From an uncultured Solirubrobacteraceae bacterium (GTDB taxonomy: Bacteria > Actinomycetota > Thermoleophilia > Solirubrobacterales > Solirubrobacteraceae), in NCBI GenBank assembly GCA_963756465.1, contig CAVWNK010000004.1, positions 152,203 to 216,202 of the forward strand: a stretch of DNA of 64,000 nucleotides, in the 5' to 3' direction. The notes beneath the pieces were generated by a model. That model ran no database searches. It was not told the origin of the DNA and saw only the letters and a program-made list of their open reading frames with translations. Shown here in pieces: positions 35,631 to 43,868 of this stretch (within the stretch, counting starts at the first letter, position 1; every line of letters begins with the position of its first letter). The position numbers and the translations under genes are program-made.

Positions 35631-36766
35631 CCGGCGCCGGCGCAGCGGAGCTCTCGGCGCTGGACATCGCGTGCGGGCTGGTCTTCGACGGGCGCCCGCC
35701 GCGGCGCGCGCGACCGCTCCCGAGCGCGCGCATGACGCCGGGGCGGGCGCTGTGCGAGGCGGTCCTGCCCGCGCTCCTGCGCGCGCCCTGCCTCGTCAGC
35801 TTCTCGGGCGGGCGCGACTCGTCGCTCGTGCTCGCGGCCGCGACACGGGTCGCCCGGCGCGAGGGCCTGGCGGACCCCGTGCCCGTCACCAACCGCTTCG
35901 CCGATGCGCCGGCGGCCGAGGAATCGCGCTGGCAGGAGCAGGTCGTCGAGCAGCTCGGGCTCAGCGATTGGCAGCGGCTGACGTTCGCCGACGAGCTCGA
36001 CGCCGTCGGACCCTATGCGCAGCGCGCGCTGCGGGCGCATGGCCTGCTGTGGCCCTTCAACGTGCATTTCCATCTGCCGTTGCTGGATCTCGCCCGCGGC
36101 GGCTCGCTGCTCACCGGTCTCGGCGGCGACCAGCTCTTCGGCGTCATCGCGCCGGCGCCGCGCCGTACGCCCGCCCGCCGGGCGGCCCACGGCGCGCTCG
36201 GGTGGGCGCCGCGAGCGCTGCGGGCGGCCGTGATCGCGTCGCGCCGCCCGCTCGACCCGCCCTGGATGCTCGCCGCCGGCAGCCGCGCCGCGACGCGGGC
36301 GATGGCCGCCGAGCTCGGCGCCGAGCCGCGCGGCCCGCTGGCCGCGCGGATGGCCCACGAGCTCTCGATGCGCTACATGCGGGTGACGCAGCAGTCGCTG
36401 GCGCTGTGCGCGGGCGCGGGCGACGTGCTGCTCTCCAACCCGCTCTGCGCGCCCTCGCTCTGGGGTGCCGTCGCGCACGCCTGCGCGGCGCCCGACGCGC
36501 GCCGCGACCACCAGCGCGCGCTGCGCGACCTCTTTCCCGGCTGGCTGCCGCAGGCGCTCGTCGCGCGCCGCGAGAAGGCGTCGTTCGATGAGGTGTTCGT
36601 CGCCGCGCACGCCCGCGCCTTCGCGCGCGACTGGGACGGCGGCGGCGTTCCACGCGACCTCGTCGACGTCGGCGCGCTGCGCGAGCACTGGCGCTCGGAC
36701 GAACCGTCGTGCCTGTCGTTGACGCTGATGCAGGCCGCGTGGCTGGCTCGAGGCCGACACACCTAG
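35627..36766 (+). CDS. Asparagine synthetase-like PP-loop ATP pyrophosphatase (lasso cyclase C homolog) lacking the N-terminal GATase-like domain. Alternative start ATG ~35731.
   Basis: SFSGGRDSS PP-loop sits only ~60 aa from the start. LTGLGGDQLFG. GTGA overlap with B2. Confidence 0.75.
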   Translation: MTGAGAAELSALDIACGLVFDGRPPRRARPLPSARMTPGRALCEAVLPALLRAPCLVSFSGGRDSSLVLAAATRVARREGLADPVPVTNRFADAPAAEESRWQEQVVEQLGLSDWQRLTFADELDAVGPYAQRALRAHGLLWPFNVHFHLPLLDLARGGSLLTGLGGDQLFGVIAPAPRRTPARRAAHGALGWAPRALRAAVIASRRPLDPPWMLAAGSRAATRAMAAELGAEPRGPLAARMAHELSMRYMRVTQQSLALCAGAGDVLLSNPLCAPSLWGAVAHACAAPDARRDHQRALRDLFPGWLPQALVARREKASFDEVFVAAHARAFARDWDGGGVPRDLVDVGALREHWRSDEPSCLSLTLMQAAWLARGRHT

Positions 36767-36830
36767 ACGATCGTCCAGCGGCCGCACGAGCCGACCGGCC
36801 TAGGCTTGACCGGAATGTAGTGTCACCCCC

Positions 36831-36842
36831 GGAAGGCCTTCC
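36831..36842 (+). promoter_or_regulatory. Shine-Dalgarno GGAAGG embedded in the perfect 12-bp palindrome GGAAGGCCTTCC, 7 nt upstream of the precursor ATG
   Basis: Read directly from the sequence. A TAnnnT box (TAGTGT, 36818-36823) lies just upstream, but no convincing -35 at correct spacing. Confidence 0.5.
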
Positions 36843-36843
36843 G

Positions 36844-37011
36844 ATGGATGCTCAGGCCCACGACAGTTCCTATGAAGCACCGAAGCTTCGCGACCTCGGC
36901 TCCGTGCACGAGCTCACGCAGGGCGGCCTGTTCGGCGACCGCTCCGACGGCCTCCTGATCCTCGTGAAGTACGGCGGTGGCGGCGGGGGCGGCGTCGTCA
37001 ACGGCTCCTAG
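36844..37011 (+). CDS. Lasso-peptide precursor (55 aa): leader MDAQAHDSSYEAPKLRDLGSVHELTQ, core GGLFGDRSDGLLILVKYGGGGGGGVVNGS
   Basis: ATG with an SD. The leader fits YxxPxLx3Gx5Tx with Thr at -2. Core starts with Gly1 and has Asp9. It lies 77 nt after the C gene. It is the 3' part of track ORF 36709..37011. Confidence 0.75.
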   Translation: MDAQAHDSSYEAPKLRDLGSVHELTQGGLFGDRSDGLLILVKYGGGGGGGVVNGS

Positions 37012-37864
37012 CCGATCGGCCCGGCAGCTGCTCGGCGAGCAGCTGCGTCGCGGCCGCCAGTGACGACCAGGCGCGTTCGCGGCGCAGCTGTAAGCACGGG
37101 AGCGCGCTGAGCGCGACGAGCGCCGCCGGATCGGCGGGCAGCAGCCGTACCGCGCGGTGCGGGACGACCTGTCGCAGCCGGTCGGCGCCGCGGATCGGCG
37201 TCAGCGACGGCGGGCCGTCACCCCACGCCAGCACGACCCAGCCGCGCAGCGGCAGCTCGGCCGCGACCGGGTCGAGCGCCAGGCGCCAGCGGTTGCGCAG
37301 GCCGATGCGCCCGAGCGGCTCGCCGGCGCCGAGTTCGCGCGCAGACTGCTCGCGCAGGTCGATCGAGCGCGGCCCCGCGAGCGCCGTGAAGCCGTCGAGG
37401 ACGAGCAGGTCGTCGCTGAGCACGCCGTGGCCGGCGAGCGCGAGGCTGGCCAGCGTCGTGCTCTTGCCCGCCTCCTTGTCGCCGAGCAGCGCCCACGCGC
37501 CGCCGCCGATCACGACGGTTCCGCAGTGAAAGCTCTCCCGCCCGAGCCAGCGCGCCGCGACCGCGGCGACGGGCGCGAGGTGCGGATGCACGAGCGCCGC
37601 CGGCGTGACCGCACGCGGCAGCGCGTACTCGGCGCGCAGCGGCGCGCGCTCGATCGCGACCGAGCCGCCCGCGGTCAGGCGCAGCTCGGCGTGCTGCTCG
37701 GAGACCGACTCGTACTCGGGCAGCGGGCCCGTCTCGATGCGGCAGCGCAGGTCGAGCACGGGCCAGGACGGCGGCGCGTCGACGAGCAGATCCTGCGCGC
37801 GGTCGACGCCGGCGCCGCGCAGCCGGAAACCGTAGGCGCCGCGGTCAGGCGGCCGACTCGACAC
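36998..37864 (-). CDS. HPr kinase C-terminal-domain-like P-loop protein (putative RiPP Ser kinase). Start is GTG 37864.
   Basis: GDKEAGKSTTLASLALAGHGVLSDD. The N-terminal 73 aa of the 361-aa track ORF are Arg-rich and overlap the helicase. The stop overlaps the precursor 3' end by 14 bp. Confidence 0.7.
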   Translation of the reverse strand: MSSRPPDRGAYGFRLRGAGVDRAQDLLVDAPPSWPVLDLRCRIETGPLPEYESVSEQHAELRLTAGGSVAIERAPLRAEYALPRAVTPAALVHPHLAPVAAVAARWLGRESFHCGTVVIGGGAWALLGDKEAGKSTTLASLALAGHGVLSDDLLVLDGFTALAGPRSIDLREQSARELGAGEPLGRIGLRNRWRLALDPVAAELPLRGWVVLAWGDGPPSLTPIRGADRLRQVVPHRAVRLLPADPAALVALSALPCLQLRRERAWSSLAAATQLLAEQLPGRSARSR

Positions 37865-40800
37865 CGTCGTCGAGCGGCGCGGAGCCGTCCGCGCCCTCCT
37901 CGCCGCTGGCCTGCGCCGGCTTGGGTGCCGTGCGGCGCGCGGGCGCGCGGCGGCGCTTGGGCTTGGCCTCGTCGAGCGACGGTGCCGCGTCGGCCTTGGG
38001 CTTCGCCGGCCGCGTGGCCTTGGCCTTGGCCTTCGTCGTCGTCGCCTTCGCGCCGGCAGCCTTGGGCTTGGCCGTCGGCTCATCCGTCGCCGCAGCCGGC
38101 TTGCGCACGGTCGCGCGGCGGCGCTTGGGCGCCGCCGGCGACGCCTGCTCCGCGGCGTCCTCGGCGCGAGCCGGGACGTCCGCGGTCTTGGGCGCGCGGG
38201 CGGCCAGCAGCGCAGCCGCAGCGTCCGCGATCGCCTCGACCGCGAGCGCCTCGTCGACCGGCTTCTCGGGCGGCCTGCGCGAGCGCGAGCGGCGCGACGC
38301 CGGCGCGGGCGTCGGCGTGTCGTCCTGGTCGCGGATGGCGTCGGCCGCGTCGTCGCCGGAGGCCGCTGCGGGCGCGGTTCGCTCGGGATCGGTGTCGCGG
38401 TGTGGGGCGCGGCCGTTGCGCGCGCGGCGCGAGCGCGTCCGGCTCGAGCTGCGCCCGGAGCCGCGCTCGTCGCCGTCGACCCCGGTCCCGTCCTGCGCGG
38501 TCGCGAGCGCGACCACCTCGGCCGTGCCCTCGGCGCCCTCCGCGACGCCGCCCTTCTTGCGCCGGCGGCGGTTGCCGCGCCGGCCGCGGCTCTTGGGGAA
38601 GTTGCGCAGCAGCTCGCGCGAGAGCGCGCTCGGCTTGCGCGCCAGGCGCGTCCGCGCGCCGCGCAGGATCTCCTCGCCCTCGGGCGTATGCGCGATCGCC
38701 GCGGCGAGCAGCGCGGCGCTGAGGCGCCGGTCCTGCTTGCGCGCGGCGTGCACGAGCCGGCGCGCGTTGCGCGCGTGCGCGGCGCCGCTGGAGTTCACGA
38801 GCAGCCCGAGCAGGCGCTTGGTCTCCGGCCAGCGCTGGACGGCGTACTCCTCGTGCACATCGCGCGTGTACGAGGCCAGGCGCCAGATCCAGTCGTTGGC
38901 CTGGTCGCGCCGGCCGATGCGCTTCTCGGCGAGCGCCAGCAGGCAGATCTTCGTGCCCTCGCGGCGCTCGTCGCGCGTCCAGCCCGAGATGACGTCGACG
39001 ACGGCGCGGTCGAAGGCCTCGGGATCGCGCGCCGTGGCGATCTCCTGCAGCGCGCGCAGGCGCAGCTGCGGGTTCTTGTTGCGCTCCACGGCGGTCAGCA
39101 GGAACGCGCGCTTGAACTCGCCGCCGCGGTCGAAGTGCAGCATCGCGCGGGCCCGGCGCCAGCCGCTCGGCGCGACGCGCGCGCCGGCCAGGGCGGCCCA
39201 CTGGATCTGCTCGCCGTAGGGCAGGTGCTCGACGGCGATCCGCCACAGCTCGCGCTCGAAGACCTCGATCCGCCGATCCTCGTCGCTCGTCACCGGCAGC
39301 ACGCGGCGCTCGACGCGCACGCGCCGGCCGCGGCCGCGGCGGACGGGGCCGACGACGATCGCGCCGCCGCGGTAGACGTCGCGGTCCAGCAGCGAGTGCA
39401 GCGTCACGACGGGATCGTCGTTCTTCGTGTTCGGCGCGACGAAGTCGACGACGACGCCCGCCTCCTTGCCCGGATGGCGGCGCGTGACGCGGCCGACGCG
39501 CTGCTGGTAGATGCGCTTGGAGGCCGTCGGCGCGAGGTGCATGCAGACCGTCGCGCGGGGTGAGTTCCAGCCCTCGGCGAGCAGCTGCGCGTTGACGAGC
39601 ACGTCGATGTCGCCGCGCTCGTAGCTGGCGAGGATCTCGGCCAGCTCGCGCTTGGGCGTCTCGCCCGAGACCCCCATCGCCTTCATGCCCTGGTCGCGGA
39701 AGGCCTGCGCGACGTTGTAGGCGTGGCGCACGCCGGCGGCGTAGACGACGCCCGGCACGCCGTTGAAGCGCGACTTGTAGAGGTCGGCGATGGCGAAGTT
39801 GAAGGGCGCCTGGTCGAGCAGCTCGGCGAGCATCTCCTGGTCGAACTCGACGTCGACCTCGCCGCGGCGCAGCGGCACGTTGGCGATGTTGCGCACGTCC
39901 TGGCCGGGCGGGATCCGCACGCAGCGCAGCGGCGAGATGACGCCGCGGCGGGCGGCCTGCGCGAGGTCGAAGCGCGACGTCTGCGTCGGGAAGAGGTCGG
40001 TGACGTGGCGTGCGATCAGCGCGCCCGTCGCGGTCATGCCGATGAAGATCGGGCCCGACCACTCGCGGATCGCGGCGCTCGTCTTCTCGCCCAGCGCGGT
40101 ATGCGCCTCGTCGCAGATGACGATCGAGTAGGCGGGCGAGATGCTGCCGGCGTTGCGCACGAACCACTGGTACGTCTCGACCGTGACGGGGCCGTTGGCG
40201 GCGTCCTGGCCCTTGAGCAGGGCGGGCGTGACGCGCTTGGCGTAGCCGCGCTGCTTCAGCTCGCCGTGGAACTGGTCGACGAGGTTGCGGCGGTGGGTGA
40301 GGATCAGGATCCCGCCCGTGCGCGACGCGTCGACGAAGCCCATCGCGGCGACGGTCTTGCCGGCGCCGGTCGCGTGCTCGAACCAGAAGCGCTTGTGGGC
40401 GTTGGGGTCGTCGGGCTGCTCGTCGAGCTGGTCCTCGTCGAAGACGGCCTCCGCCGCGTCCTCCTCGGACTCCTCCTCCTCCTCGTCCTCGTCGTCGTCG
40501 CCCATGTCGATGTCGACCTCGAAGTCCAGCGGCTCGATGACCTCCGGCTCGTCGTCGTCGTCGTCCGGCGCGTCGGCGGCGCCGCCGCGAAATCGCCGTC
40601 GTCCTCGTCGTCCTCGTCGACCGCCAGGACGGGAGCGGCGGAGGGAGCGCCACCGTTGCCCGCGCCGTTGCCGTTCTGGCGCTGCGCCTCGGCGAGCAGC
40701 GCGGTCAGGGTGCCCGACAGGGCGTCGACCTGATGCGGGTTCAGCGCGGTGCCGTCGGCGAGCCTGGGTTCGCCGTCGGACAGCACGCGCTCGAGGCCGA

Positions 40801-41032
40801 GCATGAGCGAGTAGCGCCGCCGCCACTCGGTCGACGGCACCTTCGCGCCGGCCTCGATCTCCAGCAGCGCGGCATCGAGCGCGCGCCGGCGCGCGGTGCC
40901 GGGTGCGAGCGCGGCCTCCGTCGTCTCGCCCGCGTGCACGAACGACTCGCGGGTGAACTTCTCCGCGCGCGATGTTTCGGAAGGATTGGGAACGGACGCG
41001 GCCACGACGGCCACTGGCGTGGGATCAGCCAA
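37845..41032 (-). pseudogene. SF2 DEAD/DEAH-box helicase with an acidic low-complexity insert and a Lys/Ala/Pro-rich basic tail. Frame broken at ~40570-40590.
   Basis: Motifs LNPHQVDAL (upstream frame), then ATGAGKT, CDEAH, MTAT, QRVGRVTR (downstream frame). Tail ...AKPKAAGAKATTTKAKAKATRPAKPKA.... Putative TTG start at 41032 after AGGAAG. Confidence 0.7.
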
Positions 41033-41227
41033 GATCGGCTTCCTGCTCGAACGTGAGGTGGATCGCGTTGCCACAAGCTGTCGCGATCCAGAGCCCGGGT
41101 CGAAACCCGGCGGGCGGGGTGAGGAACTGCGGCGAACGACCGGCCCTCGGTACCCGCGTTCTTCGCAGGATAGCGAACGAACCGGACGTGGCGCACCCGA
41201 TTCCAGCGGTCTGCAACGCTTCCCCGG

Positions 41228-41812
41228 ATGCGCAGGCTGCTGATCGCGATCGCGGCGCTGGCCGTCACCGCCGCGGTCGTCGTGGGCGTCCTCGACGCGC
41301 GTGACAGCGACCGCGCCACGACGGACGCGCCCGCGCCGCTCTCGCTCGCCGAGGTTTCGCGGCCGCTCCCGGGCGCGCCGCCGCAGCTCGCCGCCCTGCG
41401 CCGCCGCGTCAACGATCTTCAGCCCGGTGGGGCCGAGGCGCTCGACGCGCAGCTGCGCGCCCTGCGCGGCCGACCCGTCGTCGTGAACCTGTGGGCCTCC
41501 TGGTGTGACCCGTGCATCTTCGAGCTGCCGATCCTCCAGCGCCAGGCGCTGAAGTTCGGGACACGGGTCGCGTTCTTGGGCGTCAATTCGGGTGACAACC
41601 GCGACGACGCGCGCGCGCTGAGCGAGCGCTTCCCGATGCCCTATCCCTCCTTCGAGGATCCGCGCCAGGCGGTCACGGGCCGCTACGGCGCCGTCGGCCT
41701 GCCGGCGACCGCGTTCTACGACGCGCGCGGCAAGCGCACGATCGTTCATCAGGGCCGCTTCACGAACGAGGCGCAGCTCGAAGCGGCGATCGAGCGCTAC
41801 GCGCTGGGCTGA
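41228..41812 (+). CDS. TlpA/ResA/CcmG-like thiol-disulfide oxidoreductase (membrane-anchored thioredoxin fold)
   Basis: N-terminal anchor LLIAIAALAVTAAVVVGV. Active site VVNLWASWCDPC. Confidence 0.8.
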   Translation: MRRLLIAIAALAVTAAVVVGVLDARDSDRATTDAPAPLSLAEVSRPLPGAPPQLAALRRRVNDLQPGGAEALDAQLRALRGRPVVVNLWASWCDPCIFELPILQRQALKFGTRVAFLGVNSGDNRDDARALSERFPMPYPSFEDPRQAVTGRYGAVGLPATAFYDARGKRTIVHQGRFTNEAQLEAAIERYALG

Positions 41813-41818
41813 CGCGAC

Positions 41819-42799
41819 GTGACCGAGATCAGGATCGACCCCCTGACGGGCCTGCGCGCGATCGTCGCGACCGCTCGCCTGGAGCGACCCGGCGGTCAGC
41901 TGCAGGTCGGGCCGCAGGCGCCGATCGACCGCGCGACCGACCCCTTCGCCGAGGGTCACGAGGACCAGACGCCGCCGGAGCTGTACGCGTTGCGCCCGGA
42001 CGGCGGAGCAGCCGACGGCCCCGGCTGGTCGGTGCGCGTCGTGCCCAACCGCTACCCGGCGCTGGCGGCGGACGGCGGCGGGCGCGGACCCGACCCGCAC
42101 CCCGAGCTCTTCAGCGCGCTGCCCGCGCGCGGCGCGCACGAGGTGATCGTCAACAGTCCCGAGCCGGTCTGCTCGCTCGCGAGCCTGTCGGTGCAGCAGG
42201 TCGAGCTCGCGGTCGAGGTGTGGCGCGAGCGGATGCGCGCGCACGGCGGCGCGGCCTACGTGCACGTCTGCGTCAACGAGCGCAGCGACGGCGGCGCGAC
42301 GCAACCGCACACGCACGCGCAGCTGTTCGCCCTCGGCTTCGTGCCCGCGATCGTCGCCCGCGAGCGAGAGCGCTTCGGCGCCTACGCGGTGCGCACGATG
42401 GGCGCCAACCTGCTCGAGGACCTCGTCCAGGAGGAGGTCCGCCGCCGCGATCGCATCGTCGCGATCGACGCGGAGGCGGTGCTGTCGTGCCCCTACGCCT
42501 CGCGCCACGAGTACGCGCTCATGCTGACCCCGCGCCGCCCCCGTGAGCGCTTCGAGGACGACGGACCCAGCGGTGCGGCGCTCCTGCACGACGGCTTGTC
42601 GCGCCTGCGCCGGCGCTTCGGCGCGAGCCCGCCGCTGAACCTCTGGGTCCGCACCGCACCGCGCGACGCCGACCGCTTCTGCTGGCGGATCGACATCGTG
42701 CCGCGGCTGACGCACGAGGCCGGTCTCGAGCTCGGGACCGGCGTGCACCTCAACACGGTCGCGCCCGAGCAGGCCGCGGCGGAGCTGCGCGAGGCGTAG
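41819..42799 (+). CDS. galT: Galactose-1-phosphate uridylyltransferase-family (HIT superfamily) nucleotidyltransferase
   Basis: IDPLTG, VVPNRYPAL, HEVIV, QPHTHAQLFA (HxHxQ). Confidence 0.8.
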   Translation: MTEIRIDPLTGLRAIVATARLERPGGQLQVGPQAPIDRATDPFAEGHEDQTPPELYALRPDGGAADGPGWSVRVVPNRYPALAADGGGRGPDPHPELFSALPARGAHEVIVNSPEPVCSLASLSVQQVELAVEVWRERMRAHGGAAYVHVCVNERSDGGATQPHTHAQLFALGFVPAIVARERERFGAYAVRTMGANLLEDLVQEEVRRRDRIVAIDAEAVLSCPYASRHEYALMLTPRRPRERFEDDGPSGAALLHDGLSRLRRRFGASPPLNLWVRTAPRDADRFCWRIDIVPRLTHEAGLELGTGVHLNTVAPEQAAAELREA

Positions 42800-42870
42800 T
42801 CGCCCGGGTGGCGGTCGCAGGCCCGCGGCGGTCGCCGTGAACTCGCCCTCCCGGACGCCACAATCAGCCG

Positions 42871-43779
42871 ATGCCCGCGCTCGTGCTGGCGATCGCCGCA
42901 TCCGTGGCCGCCGGCGTTTGGGCCGAGCGCCGCTACGGCGCGAGCGCGCTTGCCCTGACGCGGCGGATCCTCGACGCGATGCTCTACGCGGCGCTGCCGT
43001 TCGTCGTGTTCTTCGTCCTCGCCCGCGCCGAGCTGACGGCGGGCGCGGGCATCGGCCTGCTGCTCGGCTACGTCTCGCTGGCGATCGTCGGCCTCAGCGC
43101 CTACGCGCTCGCGACGAGGCTCCTCAGGCTGCCCACCCGCACCGCCGCGATGGTCGTCATCGCCGCGATCATGGGCAACACCGGGTTCCTCGGCGCCCCC
43201 GTCGTCGCGACGCTGCTGGGCCACGACGACCTCGGCGCCGCGATCACGTTCGACGCGCTCGTCAGCGGGCCGATGTTCTTCGTCGTCGCGTTCGCCGTCG
43301 CCGCGGCGTTCACGACCCGCGGCGAGTCGGCCGGCATGCGCCTGCGCACGTACCTGCTGCGCAACCCGCCGCTGATCGCCGTCGCCGCCGCCCTGATCGC
43401 GCCCGACGCGCTCGCACCCGACGTGCTCGTCGACGTCGCCCGCGCGCTGCTGCTCGCGCTCGCGCCGGTCGGCTTCTTCGTCGCGGGCGTCCAGCTCGCC
43501 GCCGAGCCGATCGGCTTCCCGCCGCCGCTCAGCGCAGCCGTCGCCGTCGTCGTCGCGCTGCGGATCGGCCTCGCGCCGCTGCTGCTGCTCGGCCTGGCCG
43601 CCGCGACGGCGGTCGCCGTGCCCGACGCCTACCTCATGCAGGCGGCGATGCCCGTCGGCGTCAACACGCTCGTCGTCGCGCACGCCTACGACCTCGACCG
43701 CGGGCTCGCAGCGGCGGCGTTCGCGTGGTCGACCGCGATCGCCCTGATGGCCGGACTGGCCGCAGCGGCGCTCACGTGA
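42871..43779 (+). CDS. AEC (auxin efflux carrier)-family membrane transporter
   Basis: 302 aa with ~10 hydrophobic helices. MGNTGFLGAPVV-type motif. Confidence 0.6.
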   Translation: MPALVLAIAASVAAGVWAERRYGASALALTRRILDAMLYAALPFVVFFVLARAELTAGAGIGLLLGYVSLAIVGLSAYALATRLLRLPTRTAAMVVIAAIMGNTGFLGAPVVATLLGHDDLGAAITFDALVSGPMFFVVAFAVAAAFTTRGESAGMRLRTYLLRNPPLIAVAAALIAPDALAPDVLVDVARALLLALAPVGFFVAGVQLAAEPIGFPPPLSAAVAVVVALRIGLAPLLLLGLAAATAVAVPDAYLMQAAMPVGVNTLVVAHAYDLDRGLAAAAFAWSTAIALMAGLAAAALT

Positions 43780-43868
43780 GCGCGACGACCGGCGCGCCCG
43801 CGCCGCCGGACCGCCGCCGCGCAGGCCGGCCACGAGGGTGCCGACGGCAGACGCCAGCGGCTGGCAGG

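Noticed and set aside
36709-36843. Upstream 45 codons of the 100-aa track ORF that contains the precursor
   Set aside because: This part overlaps the 3' end of the cyclase-homolog gene and the spacer, and has no SD. The internal ATG 36844 has an SD and starts exactly where a lasso leader of normal length would begin.
37865-38083. N-terminal 73 aa of the 361-aa HPr-kinase-like track ORF
   Set aside because: It is pure Arg/Pro/Ser low-complexity sequence, read out of frame through the helicase basic tail. GTG 37864 retains the conserved-looking N-terminus.
41059-41115. tRNA T-arm-like hairpin (CCGGGT-CGAA-ACCCGG) and a 9-bp-stem hairpin in the helicase/thioredoxin divergent spacer. Considered as a possible tRNA, tmRNA or riboswitch.
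   Set aside because: No acceptor stem, D arm or 7-nt anticodon loop can be drawn, and I recognize no riboswitch consensus. It is probably 5' UTR or promoter-region structure only.
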